This document shows positions 23,217-36,600 of a stretch of 64,000 nucleotides of DNA, piece by piece. The stretch lies in assembly GCA_050084515.1 (NCBI GenBank), contig CM114271.1, positions 33,294,001-33,358,000 of the forward strand, read 5' to 3'. Every line of letters starts with the position of its first letter. Positions within the stretch are counted from its first letter, which is position 1. Under the pieces are notes generated by a model. The model saw only the letters and a program-made list of their open reading frames with translations, did no database searches and was not told the origin of the DNA. Position numbers and translations under genes: made by a program. Origin of the DNA: Blasia pusilla (taxonomy: Eukaryota).

Positions 23217-26200
23217 TGTCGTGCGCATACTCTCATTGAACGTTAATCTTTGTTGTTGCGGAAGCGTGCGTTCAGTAGGACACGCTCTCAACTCTGATCT
23301 GCATCAAACACGCACTCTGGTTAGTCGGGTATGGATCAATCAACAGGCTAACTTTCCTAGTTTCACGGTTTACAACACATGCAAGTCTTGAAAGACTTGG
23401 GACAGACTTTCTGGTTGGTTCAAGAACCTCAAATGGTGTTTCGCGCCTGGCGGTTCCAACTGTCCAATGGACATCCAATGAGTCCCTAACGGAGACTCAC
23501 ACAAAATAAATCATGGGTCGGAATCCAAGTGTGGCAGACAAAGTCCATTCCCTTGGATTAGGTTTGATTTCGAATTCCAACGCCAAACTCCCTTTCCATC
23601 CCATGCCCTTGAGACGCTGTATGGTGCTCAAAATGGGGTTCGTGTTCCGAGAATCCTCAAAGAGACTCCCCCTTACTAGTACTTCTGGGGATCTCTCGGG
23701 TCTCCCTAGCTTTAGGGAAAGACAGGAGGGCCCCTCAAATTGGCCCTCAACCTGATTGCTCTCACGGTCGTTTTAGGCCAATATCTTACCCTATACCTAT
23801 GCGTTTGCTGAGATCTTTGGTACGTTGGAACCGTCTCAACATAAGATTTACAACGCGCCCTTAATTTTCCTAAACACATCTTGGGGCTAAAAGTTATGGT
23901 TCAAAACACTCAAATTCCCCAAACACTAGCCGTGTGCCAAAAGTGATTCTCACCTCTTTGGCAACCAACCTTCCAAGACTCAACTCATCTCAAGTCTAGG
24001 TTCTCATTTGGTCTAGGTTTCCTGGTCGCAACCACTAATGCATGAAATGCACAACTCTGTTCCGAGTTTGGTCTCTTGGACTTTTCCAAGAGATCTTCCA
24101 AAAGCCTCTCCAAAGCGCGATCATCGTAGTGTGAGTCTAGTTGAGTTCTGATGTTCCGCTTGGCGCCTATTTGGTGCTTTTTTGGTTATGAGGGTTGCAA
24201 CACTCACCCCTCCTTAGAAGGTTGATGTCCTCATTAACGCAAACCTCTTTTTTTTTTAATGTTAAGTTCTAGGAAGTCGACCCCTTAACACTGAATTGCG
24301 TTATGGTAGCTAATCCCCAATTCCACTTTTGGCTTAAGTCTTAGGCTGTTGCTTGCAAAACTTAGATTATTAGCTTCTCCATTTCAATTAGTCTAGATCT
24401 TTTCTGTAGAACTAATCTAAACTATCAAAATTAAGCTAACAAAGTCTGCAACCTAACACTTCACTCACTATTTGTAAACAACCACTTGTTTACCTAGCCA
24501 GCTTGTACTACTGTTGGGTCACTCATATTCTACTTAGGCGCGTCACTAAGTTCACTCATGCAACATGAATGAGATCACCATAAACCTCAAGACAGACTAA
24601 TTTTCCCCGCCGACGTTGGGGCGAGTTCAAATGTTAGTACTTCAACATTTGGTCCTGATCTAGATGCCTATCCAAATCCAAGATCTCATCTCAAATACTC
24701 ATTATTTTGCCTCCTTGACTAACATCTTAAGCATATGAAGAACTACTCATTGCCATGCACTACCAATCTCAAAATCACAATCACTAGCATCGAATCTCCC
24801 AATCCGTGCTTTCTTTATTGCAACAACTAAACTTTTATAGTTACAACGGGTTATCGGCCCAAGCTTCTTGGTCACAAGTTATGTCCTTTGCTTCACCATG
24901 TACTAACTTATATGCCTATCTTGCATCCATTTGAAGTCTCGCAATGCCTCTTGCGCATGTTCAAGATCTACCTCCGCAATCTAAGTCACCTCTTTCACAT
25001 GGTAGCCTTTCCACTTGACTAAGTTCTCATACTTGGTGGCTCTACATCTAGAGCGCAGAATGGTCTCCACCTTGACTCTGGTTTCTCATTTCTGATGACC
25101 AATTGTGGTCTCAACACAATCCTTCGATCCAAACGCACATTGTCTTGAAGACACTTCTTCAATAATGACACATGGAAAGTCGGGTGAATCTTGAACTTGT
25201 TTGGAAGCTCCAGAGTATACACATCCTCAAAAGGCTTCTCCTTGATCACATACGGTCTAGCATACTTGGCTAACAATTTTGCAGACAATTGCTTCGAAAG
25301 AGTGAGATTCTTTACACTCAGCCACACTTATTCCCCTCCTTGGAAACTCACTTGGCTCCGACTTTTGTTAGCATGTTTCACGTACCTTATTTGAGCCTTG
25401 GCAAGACTTTTTCTCGCTCGCTCTTATCGTTCCTGCATTTCCACTAACAAAAATTCTGCAGTTGCTTGACGAGTGTCTGCCGATGTAGCGCCCCTCTAAA
25501 GGGCTAAGTTGAGAGGCCATTCTGGTTCTCTTTGATACGCCCCAAGAAACGGAGATTCTCCAATTGCAGAATGCTTGGTCGCGTTGTAACAATACTAAGC
25601 CATACTTAGCCACTTTGCCTAATCTCTTTGGTCCGCACTCACGTAATTCCTTAAGTACTGGTTTACGACCGAGTTTACTTTTTCCGTTTGCCCATCCGTT
25701 TGAGGATTGAAGGCTGTACTAAAGTTGAGTTTGATCCTGAACCTCTTGAATAGATGTTTCCAAAATGCACTCATAAACTTTGGATCTTGATCGGGCACAA
25801 TGCTCCTAGGCAATCCATGAGCTCGCCACCAACCATCCAGGAATAGTTGGGAAGTAGTGCAGGCCGTCCCAGAATCTCTCGTCGGCACAAACCTCCCCAA
25901 CTTGCTAAACCGATCAACTATCACAAGTATAGCATTGTATCCCTCAGATTCCAGAAGACTCGTAATGAAATCCATGCTAATGCTTTGCAAGGGTCCCTGC
26001 ACGATCGGAAAAGGATGAAGTAAGCCTTGCTTCTTTGCATAAGAAACTCTGTTCGCCTGAAAGGTCACGCAGGTCTTCACATATTGAGCAACATCTTCCT
26101 TCATGTTGGGCCAGAAGAACCTCTTGGTCAAAACAACAAGAGTGGATTTCTCCCCCTTTTGTCGTGCCAAAGGTCCGTCATGACATTCCACGAACACTTT

Positions 26201-26887
26201 GGTCCGTAGCTTGCCTTTGCCCAAAATAGATCCTGCTTTGCTTAAACCTTAGCGAACCATGCCTCAAACTTAGATTGGCCACCTTCTCGCTCGCTTGAAC
26301 TTCCCAAGGTAATCACTCGCTTGCACATCCTTGATGTATCCTTCACGAATACTTCTTTCCACGTCTGTTTCATTAGGGAACATTGCTCTCAAGATTTGTA
26401 TTGTCGATGGCATATGCTCATCCTTGCGACTTAACGCATCTGGAATGACATTGTCTTTCCCCGGCTTGTGGATTAGCTCCACATTTGTCAATGCCAAGGT
26501 ATCATGCCATTGAATTTTCTTCGATGTTAGGCAATCCTGGGTCTCAAAATACTTGACCAAAATATTATCGGTGAATACTCGAGTCTTGTGAAGTCCCAGA
26601 TAGTGAAGCCACTTCCTCAAACAATGAACCATCGTGAACAACTCTTTCTCATGAGTGGGCCATCTCCTTTCTGTGTCGCTAAGCTTCTTGCTCTCGTATG
26701 CTATAGATCTCCCTTTTTACACCAACATTCCTGCAATCGCAAAATCACTAGCATCAATGTGCATCTCGAACGGTTGGTCGAACTCTGGCAGCTTCAGAAC
26801 TGGTTCCTGCGAGAGGATCTCTTTGACTCAGTTGAACGCCTTATCCACTTCCTCGGTCCGTGTTGTGTTGGAAAACTTGGAGGTCCA
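23217..26887 (-). mobile_element. Chromovirus copy 1, inverted 3' half (RH, INT, chromodomain, PPT, 3' LTR 23217-24202)
   Basis: INT ORF 25619-26224 and RH 26270-26800. The LTR flank ATTGG is the reverse complement of CCAAT, matching the flank at 3479-3483. Coding sequence starts where the + strand half stops. Confidence 0.93.
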
Positions 26888-27137
26888 CAAATGACCATCT
26901 AGAGAGGAAATTAAAATCCAAAACCTAAATTAATTTGGTCTCCGAATTTTAAATTGACAGAGGAAATCTCCTTAAAGCCCTCTTCTTTATCTTGAAATTT
27001 GAGGTCATGTAAGGAAAAAGTTTTGTGTGAGATTATTTTTGCAAGTTTGCATGCATTTGAAAATTATAAATATAAGTGCAAACTTGAAGTGGTTGTCAAT
27101 TGCCATATGGGCATTCTTCAAAATCTAGATTTGGTCA

Positions 27138-29525
27138 TCTATACTATTAACGGAGGATGGGATTAGACAATCCTTCCTGCTCTTATCGACACATGTCCTC
27201 CGAGAACTTTCCAAGTGGTGACGCATGTCAACGCGGGGATTAAATGTACAATCAATGAACGAATAAGGAAGACGATTCAATCAATTTCTTTTTTCCCACG
27301 TTTCATGTCATTCGTGCATAGCACGGGAAACACTGTAGAATATATATATATATATACCCGTGCGATGCACGGGTAAATAAATTTTTTTTTGAAGAGCTAG
27401 TGTATAGCCCGTGAAGGGAAGAGATTAATGATGTTGCATATAAATTCAATTTTTTTCTTCTTGCTCGTAACATGTGAAACATTTTTTTGCTATCCAGCTG
27501 CCACATGTAAAGCAGAGAGGTGTTTGCAAATCAAGAAAGCACTCTCCCATAATAATATAGATGAGGTGCCCGTGCAATGCATGGGAAATAAAAAAGTGTT
27601 TGAAGAGCTAGTGTATAGCCTGTGAAGGGAAGAGATTATTGATGTTGCACATAAATTCAATTTTTTTCTTCTTGCCAGTAGCATGTGAAACATTTTCTTG
27701 CTGCCCAGATGCCACGTGTCAAGCAGAGAAGTGTTTGCAAATCAAAAAGGCACTCTCCCATAATAATATAGATGGCCAAATCTAGATTTTGAAGATATAT
27801 ATGGATAGTTCATGTTGGAAATTTTTACAGTCTATGTGAAAGGATTTTTCACAAAAGAAGCATTGTATCACATGGAATGGTCGAAACAAGTTATATCCCA
27901 AAATTGATGAAAAACACAGTATGATTGGAGCATGAAATTATTAAAACACATAAGTCATTGAGTATGACTCACAATTACTAGGCAAGTGCAGCAAGTATGA
28001 CTTGTCATGTCTAAAGAGTATTGATAACTACTTGTGTCATAAGGAGATGACTAGGTAAGTAGCACGACCCTAAATTTAATGAATAAACCATTTACGTCAT
28101 ATTGAGTCATTCTTCCGGTCAGTCATTTAAACTTAAGTCATAAAAACCATACATTTCTTCTAACGAATTCTTTTCAATTGACGAGTAACTATGATCAATC
28201 ACACATTTGGTAACTAGACTAGATAGATCTCCTCATGAGAAATTAATAAATAAGTAATAAATAAAGAAAGAAAATAAGTAAACACGTGTTTACTTATTAA
28301 TCTCTCACCCTCTCAAAGGGGGGTGCCCTCTTTTCTATTTCTAGGCCGGTTGTGGAGTTTATGTACCCGACTCTTTGGATCCCCCTCCACTCCCACACCC
28401 TTTTTTGTATTCCGGATGGGTTTTCCATCACCCAATTTTTATTGAGAATTCTTTCTTCTCTCAGAGGGCCATATACTGGTTCATACTCGCAGTGGTCCCC
28501 TGGGAGGATTGGTTATATCTTGTCTCTACATGAAAGGGTATATAGAGCTTCAGTTCACAAACTCGTGAGAGTGCACTTCTTTATCACTCTGATCCTCCAT
28601 AAAGGTTGCACGGAAACATACAAGTTCGTCCACGAGACGGACATGCTGTCCGAATACTCACAATGTGCATCTGAATCCGCCCCCGAAACCTGCCGAGTCC
28701 ATAACGGGCACCCGAACTGGCTGAGCCTACATCGGTCAGAAAAAAAATATTCACATGCTACGGGCGGCAAAATTTATTTGAATATTTGTAACTTCATTAG
28801 TCCTTTCACTCCCGTCCCTTCCTTTCACGACGCGGAGGAAAGATTACTCAAACACTTTTTTTATTTTTCCATGCGATGCACGGGCACCTTAATAGTACTA
28901 CATGAGAGTGCTTGTTGGCCTCAGCCCGCCATTTTTGGGTATGAGCCTGTGCACCGGATTGCCACATGTCCAGCAAAGAGGTGTTTGCAAATCAAGAAGG
29001 CACTCTCCAATAATACCCACTCGTAAAGTACCCGCGCGATGCACGGAAAAAAATTTTATTTGGGTAGTTTTTGCGAGTGCACGTGAAGGGAATAATGATG
29101 CTATACATAAATTAAAAAAATTCCTGCTGCCCATGGCAAGTGAAACATTTTCTTGTTGTCGAGGTGTCATGTGTCCAACAGGGAAGTGTTTGCAAATCAA
29201 GAAGGCACTCTCCCATAATATAGACTAGTAAGGTTCCCGTGCAATGCACAAGAAATAAAAAAAGTGTTTAAAGAGCTAGTGTATAGCCTGTGAAGGGAAG
29301 AGATTAATGATGCTCTAATAAATTTAAATTTTTTTCGTCGGAGATTTGTGATTTATAGCCTGTGAAGGGAAGAGATTAATGATGATGCACATAAATTCAA
29401 ATTTTTTTGTTGCCACATGCAATGCGAGGGGAATAAAAAAAAGTGTTTGAAGAACTAGTGTATAGGGAAGAGATTAATGATGCTCTAATAAATTAAAATT
29501 TTTTTCGTCGGAGATTTGTGATTTA
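27138..29525 (-). mobile_element. Cluster of non-autonomous Helitron-like units (~200 bp), partly head-to-tail
   Basis: Hairpin CCCGTGCGATGCACGGG and variants at ~27357, 27569, 28869, 29030 and 29236. On the minus strand, hairpin...CTAG (29225-29252) runs straight into TCTATATTAT, a Helitron 3'-to-5' junction. TCTATA-type starts at 27138 (+) and ~27562 and 27772 (-). The interval 27800-28860 is other sequence. Confidence 0.62.
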
Positions 29526-30652
29526 CTATCTAGCATGAGGATATGGGGGCCCTCCTCCTAGATTGTGGATCAGGTGAGTTGTCAAGTCCCGCAGTTTTGG
29601 AAAAGTCTGTACCGTGGAGCGATGGAGGAATTGATGAATTATATGGTTTGGATTGTGATGTCGGGAAGGTTTCAGGTTGTCCCATGTCTTTTCGAGATGG
29701 TGCTACAAATTACGAGGACGATGTATAGAGAGGCATGGAAATTTCTCAGGGGCCGAACAATACTACTCGAAAGATTCATCGGAGTCAACGTATGCCACCT
29801 GGTTTATCTTATGAGGAATCGGAAGATAAACCAGATATCTTGTTTCCGCGTTCGGTGCGCTGGCTGAATTCTCAAGCAGCACAACAATCTGGACATGATA
29901 AGGTGAAAATCAATGAATGACTTCCTGCAGCAAACGAGCTTTGCGAATTTGATGCTAGTCAATTTGGTATGGCCATAACAGCACATAGGTTCTAGATCTA
30001 GTGGTGTATTAAAAGTTCGAACTCTGGTGCTTTGGGGAGGTGCAAAACCCTTTCAACGCCAGAGTACGGTGTTGTTAATAATCAATTACTTCCTTTTGCA
30101 GGGTAATTATTTCCAACTACAAGCCTAATTGTGCCTTTCACAGACCATGCGTACGTGTCTGCACATTTGAAAAGGAAAAAGTGCCACTCTCACTGTGTTG
30201 GAACATCTAGCAAAACCCAGAGGCTTCTCCCCCAGAGGAACTTCATGAATCTTTTGAAGAGCAGACGGGTGAGATCAGAGTGGACGGACTCAAGTCAGCA
30301 TTGACAACCCGGAATACCACTCTTCAGACAGCCATCGAGCATAAGGGGTTGGCAGTGATTTTGGATGCTACTTCAGAAGATTTTGCATATGTGAAGGAAT
30401 TGTTATCATTCAAGAATGGGGGTTTCCAAGGGATTTTTAGTTGCTGCGGGTCTTAAAACCGGTCCTGGTGGTCTTATATTGTGTTGCGGGAATAGGTTGA
30501 CTACGCAATAGGCATTTCAGATGAAGGAATGGAAGTAGGCAGTGGCATGGAGATGGACATATTTTCTTGTAGTAGGAGTTGTCTCTGTAAGGGAAAATAC
30601 TGAAATCTGACCCTCGTCTCACAAAACTTACTCTGGTTTACGTTCCATGCAG

Positions 30653-30877
30653 GTTGACTCACAGGCGTGATGCATCGGTTTATAATACCCCTGAAGGTCA
30701 TGCTACTCGTGATGTCCGTGAGGAAATTGCGAAGCTCGGCGGATTAAGACTCAAGATGCTAGATACTGCTGGATTGAAGACGTTCACTGAGTCTCAGACT
30801 ATACTCACCAGAACAGCAGGACTTTCTGCAACTGCCCTCTGAAAATGTCAAATTGCACTATTTGTGGTGGATGGCAG
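30653..30877 (+). pseudogene. Isolated exon of an EngA/Der-family GTPase with a premature stop
   Basis: LTHRRDASVYNTPEGHATRDVREEIAKLGGLRLKMLDTAGL...TRTAGLSATAL*KCQIALFVVDGR contains G2 (TRD), G3 (DTAG) and FVVD. Bounded by TGCAG| and |GT. TGA at 30840. Confidence 0.72.
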
Positions 30878-31899
30878 GTCTGGCTTTTTTCTCTCTGCTT
30901 TTCTCCTCCCGGCATTTTGGATTGTCTTTACAGCGACTTTAAGGGTCCAGGCATTGAGGTTGTTGGTTTGACTCTCAGTTATCTGCACTGCGTTTGAGGT
31001 GTCATTGTGTCCAAGTTTCTGTTAGGCTGTCTTAGTGCAAATTTCTGGACTGCACTTTGTCTACCTTGTTCTTTAGACTATCTTAACTCATGTCCGAATC
31101 AAAAAGTTTACTCATTGTTGGCTAGGCGTTAGTGGTCCTGGACCCGCATCAGTACAAGAACGATTTTTTTGGACGGCTATAAAACTTTGTAGGTAATGCT
31201 CTAGATATACTTCTGTTTACCGAGGCTGGTTTGGAGGACGTTAACTCTTTTAGTGATAAGAGCAGAAAATGACAGGTTTTTCAGCATGATTTGTTCTGAT
31301 TGTTTTGGGAAAGTTGACGAGAGAATCTGAGGCATTTTTCTTTTCCTGTATGCAGAGCTAGTGTGCAGCCAATGGATGCCGATGCGGAGGGACCATGCGC
31401 ATGAATGGTCCCTCCGCATGAATGGTCATACCTTCTAAACGGGTGTAAGGATCTTCTCGCCACTCCGACTGCAGCTTCTTCCAGGACAGGCTTTGGCCAC
31501 AGTCTCGGATACTTGTGTAGTGTGGGGTCCTGGTTTGCGTGCTTGTGGATGGAAGAAGAAGCGTTCACTCACCCACAGTAATACGGGTCTCAAATGGGCC
31601 TCGCCGAAAAGATCCGAGAGATAGTCCTTAGAATCATCGGGCCGGGCCGAGTGGTCGGGAACACTCGGTCAAACGTAGGCGTCTCATAACTTGATCTGCG
31701 CAGACGCCATGAGGTAGATCAGACCTCGGCTACCAAACTGGAACACTCGTACCAATCCTCTCGACAGAGCTGTTTAGATGAAGATTCTTCATTGGAGACA
31801 GCTTTTGTAAACAAGAGCTCTAGTCATCTTGATCAAGAGGCACTACAGTCGCCTTTGGTAGTGGGTATTCACTAGCAAAAGGCATTAGAGGAGGAGCTT

Positions 31900-33629
31900 G
31901 AGTCGCATAGAGCTCATTGGACTTGGGAGTATGCACACTTGCCAAGTAACAAGAAAGCAATTGGTTCCAAGTGGGTTTTCAAGACGAAACTTGCTGGAGA
32001 TCGGACAATTGAGCTATTTAAGGCTAGACTTGTTGCCAAGGGGTTCTCACAGATCAAAGGTATTGACTACACCAAAACTTTAGCACCCGTTGCACAACTT
32101 TCCACAATTCGTATATTTGTGGCCATACTTGATTGGCATCTAGAGCAACTAGATGTCATCACAGCTTACTTGAATGGTAAGCTTGAGGAGGAGAATATCT
32201 ACATGACTATTCTAGAAGGGTTGATTGTTCCTAAGGAGCTGAAGGGGAAGGTACTCCGTCTTTTGCAAACTCTATATGGCTTGAAGCAAGCCAACCGTGG
32301 ATGGAATTAGAACTTGGATAGCTCTCTACAACATCTTGGATGGAAGCCCTCAAATTCAGATCCTTGTTTATACACAATGCAAATGGAAGCTTCCTTTTGT
32401 TGCTTGTAGTTTATGTTGACGACTTGATAATCGGCGGCAAGAACTTCAAGCTAATTTGAAGAGTAAGGAGGAGTTACAGAACAAGTACAAGATGAAGGAT
32501 CTTGGAAAAATTTCATACTTTCTTGGTATCACCTTCATCCGTGATGAGAAAGCTGGCACAATTTATTTGAGTCAGGCAAAGTATATTATCCGAGAGAAAT
32601 TGAGAAAATTCGGGTTTGAAAAGGTAAAGCCTACATCTACACCAATGGAGGCAGGGCATTCTATGGAGCATCTAAATGACTCATTGTTGGATAGTAAAGG
32701 TAAAGAGCTTTATCAAAGCGAGATGGGCTCTTTGCTCTACCTTGCGAATAGTACCAGGTACGATATCTCATTTGCTTACCAACATTTTGCGCAGTACATG
32801 GCATGTCTGTAACTATCGCATTGGCAAGGACTGAAACGATTCTTCAATACCTACAAGGAACAAAGGATCTTGTCCTACAGTATGGGGGACAAAATGCGAG
32901 CTTGGAACTTGTAGGGTATAGTGATGCAGATTGGGGTGGATGTAGAAATACTCGTTGTTATGTAGGAGGATACGCATTCCTTTTGGCAGGAGCGGCGGTG
33001 CCTTGGTCAAGTAAGAAGCAGAAAAATGTTTCCCTTTCTTCTACTGAGGCGGATTATGTTGCTGCAAGCGATACTGCCAAGGAAGCTCTTTGGCTATGCA
33101 AAGCCTTAGGTGACCATGGCGTCCTACAACCAAAAGGATAATCTTCATCTATGAGGATAATCAATCATGCATTGCAATAGCAAAGAATCCTACACATCAC
33201 ACTTCGATGTCAAGACAAGGAGTGGAAGCTTAGGAGATTAGAATGGGATATTGTCCTCTAGAGGAGATGGCAGCTGATATTTTTACCAAGCCTCTTGGTT
33301 AGGCAAAGTTTGTTGCTTGCAAGAACATGCTTGGCCTAGTAGAGGGACCTGCCTCACTTATGGAGGAGGAGTGTCGTGAGTATTAGTGTCGGTGCCCATC
33401 GTGAGGGTCACGTGTAGTTTGTCACATGTGTACTTACTATCTTAAGAAAGAGGAAGCATGCTCATTCCCCCCTTTGAGTAGGACTACTAGGATATAAAAG
33501 GGGTTCATTCATTCTAATGTAGATGCTAGTGAGATTCTAAATCTTCTCTAAAAAATGTGCTAGTTTGTGGCTTAGCAAGTCATTAGGAGAAGCTACTATA
33601 TGATACATGTTGGAGAGGAGCTTACAACG
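31900..33629 (+). mobile_element. 5'-truncated Ty1/copia retrotransposon (RT-RNaseH, PPT, probable 3' LTR 33372-~33629)
   Basis: KAIGSKWVF, FKARLVAKGFSQ, QLDVITAYLNG, LYGLKQA, YVDD, GYSDADWG, SSTEADY, EDNQSCI, MAADIFTK. GGAGGAGGAG PPT followed by TGTCGTG. TATAAA at ~33494. Confidence 0.9.
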
Positions 33630-36600
33630 ACGGTAGAAGGATCTTGAAGACTTTTGAGTTTGCATCGTGTGTGCCGTTTCTATTAAAGACTTCTGAAAAA
33701 GTCTCTCATTTCCATGAAAAACGTGGCACGAAGCCTACCAATATTCCCACCCAAATCGCTAACTTACTCATACGTCCGGCAAGTACGTCCGGCAAGTAGT
33801 GCATTCGTAAAAGACGGTGGCCAAACAACTGCGTCTCCCGAATCGGACTTGACAATTGCAACGATCCCGCGTTGTAGTTTCGCGTCCGAATGCCTTTCCT
33901 TCCTACACCGATAGCACGTGATATACTGCATCCGCTGTGGATGTGGTATGAGACGAAGCCACCAACTATTTGCGCAAATGAAATAAGGAGAGATGGTGCC
34001 CGTCCCCGCAAAAGTTAGAGCATTGGACGCATGACGATAGGAGATAAGGAGAGGAACAACATCTCCGGTTCTCCAGGTACTTGTACGCTCTATTGAAAGG
34101 ATAGGGCTCGAAAGATCGTAGTTACTCAAACGGGAGAACGTAAATCGTGTTGCTTTATGCTCAAGTGTTTACGGTGGTCGATGTGGAGTGAGCGCTAAGG
34201 TTCAGGTTGTTGAAAAGAGTATATCTGTTGAACCATGTTTGTGGTTGACGGTCAAAACAGTCAAAGGAGATGACCTGTTCAGAGTGTCGTGAAACTGATT
34301 GCATGCCCCAAGATTACTTCCGCAATTGCAGTTACAGTACACGCAGTGTTCGTTTCGTTTCGGTTCCTTGAGAGCCAGTCCGAGTGAGTCATGCTGATCT
34401 TTTGTAAGTGTCTATCTGTCTGTGGCGTTCGCTTTGGGACGAAATCTGCGGGATCCTACGACGTGATCATGGACAGCTTTAACCTGTGCTCGTACGTTCC
34501 TCGAAGGAAGCCTGTTGCGCGTCGTCGTCGTCCCGCGAGATCTCTTGACCGGGAGAGCTGCGCTCATCTGGGATCGTGTGAACAGATAGACAGCAGAAAG
34601 GACGAAACCGTTCCCGAAAGAAAACACGCCGTGAGGAAGCGTCGACATATCTGCTCAACAGTTGAGAACTGAACTCCTGCGGTACAATCCGATCTCCAAT
34701 AATCTGATGAAGGATCAATGTGTGTTTCAAAATCCTTGACCGCTCCAAGATTCCAAATCTGGACGAAAAATTCCGCAGGTTTGCAACTACACCATGGGCG
34801 CCGTTGCTGCCCATGGGGCTTGGGCCAATTCCGTAAATCATTCTATGATGAGTTCCCACACAGGAAGGGGACAAGACGGAAGAGGTCGGCTTCCGCTTTG
34901 CGTTGCCCACCTCCTTCTCGGCGGGGTGGTTAAGACGACTTGAGAACGGTTTAGGGATGTCGGCGAAAACAGTATAATCAAGTTGGCTTTGGAAATTAGC
35001 TGATTGGTTTACAAACCTGCTGCGTTTGTTCGACACCTTACAATGGGGGGCAACAAGGAATTGTTCTCATGGCCCGGACCACCAGAATTAAAAATAATAA
35101 TAAATCTTACATGCCAATCAGCCCTGTGGAGGACCAGATTTGATAAATTGATGCGGCGGAGAATCTTCATCATCCGTACTCTACAACTCGTTTAATTGTT
35201 TGGGGCATTCTGTGCTACCGTCCGCGGAAGGACACGGTAGACTATTCCAAATGCACCATTGCAATTATCAATGGGCCCTCGCTAAATCATCATATTATTC
35301 AGCTGGGGGGCGATTGCATTACAAGCTCAAGCTCACATTGAATGCGATCTGGTAAGGTTTCACACATGGAGATATGGGTGGTTGTGTTTCTCCACTAACT
35401 AGCATTTTTCATGATATCTATCGCATTAATATAGGATGGACTTATGGGAACAGTTTTTCTTAGGGTTGGGGCCCATGCATGGGAAGTGGTGACTACCATT
35501 CGAAGTCACCAGTTTTTTTCACCCAAAATTTTTAAGCTATTGCTCGGTGTCCTGCCGACTTTGAGTGGTAAATATCCAATAGTAATTGTACGTAAGTGAT
35601 TTGTTTTCCTGGACTGTTTGTCAGAAAAATGATTTGGACACGTAAGTGAGGTTGTAATGACCTCTCCGGACCGGCTCTTACGTCCGCACGAGTCAATCTA
35701 TTAAGGTTTAGTGTGGGCACTAAATTTGTCCATTGAAGGAAAAAAAATTCAGGGGGTAGTTAAATTTAAAGAACAGAAGGAGTGGACGGGGAGACTCGGT
35801 TTTTTAAAATAAAGTTTCAAACCTTTTTCTGAGTAGAGGTGAAATTTGAGTATTTTTCAGATATTTTCCTTTTAAGTTTAAAAATAACTAATCTTCCCGG
35901 AAAAATTGAGAGGGATTCTATTTTTTAAGTCATCCCAATAAATTCTTTCTAAGTTTTTATTTCCCTTAAAATTTTATCAACATTATGATAGAGAAATCCC
36001 ATTTTAAAATAAAAATTATGACATGAAAAATATTCACAAAAGCCAAGAAGGTGTACGAAGTGATGTTCATTATTATGGATTCCTACCATTTTCTTATTTC
36101 TTTTCATTTTTAATCTTTCAAGATTTCTTTATTTCTGTTTACAAATTTTCCATTTGATTTTCATTGTTGTTTAAGCGTACATTTAAAAATGTGCATTGTA
36201 CCGGCATCTTAGTGGTATATCTTATTAGAAACATCTATTTTGTGTCTAAATATCCACAAGTTGACACAATAATTTTTTATCAACAAAATTTTTCAATCTC
36301 CCCTGTATGCTTGATTACTTAAGGATTTACACATGATTACAATTCGAATTTCAAAATTCAACATAGCCACTATGGCACACAAATACAACCCTTATTTTCC
36401 TAGGGTCATGTATTGCATGGGCATCTTGCTAGTTGAACATATCATCAATACCAACTCCTGTGGTAGAAAATAAGCTTAAATCTCTATTGTAATAGAGACA
36501 TGCCTCTAAATAACAAACACCTTCTAAATCTCACATGTCCTTTACATTGTCCTATCTAATTAGTAAGTCACATCGAAAGAACTTGGAGAAAAAATTTCTT

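Noticed and set aside
28352-29026. 224-aa ORF
   Set aside because: It runs across repeat boundaries into Helitron-like units, has no protein-like motifs and starts at a GTG.
34479-35036. 185-aa minus-strand ORF and neighbouring ORFs in a GC-richer island (33.7-35.5 kb)
   Set aside because: No recognisable domain or splice structure; it may be regulatory or UTR sequence but cannot be called.
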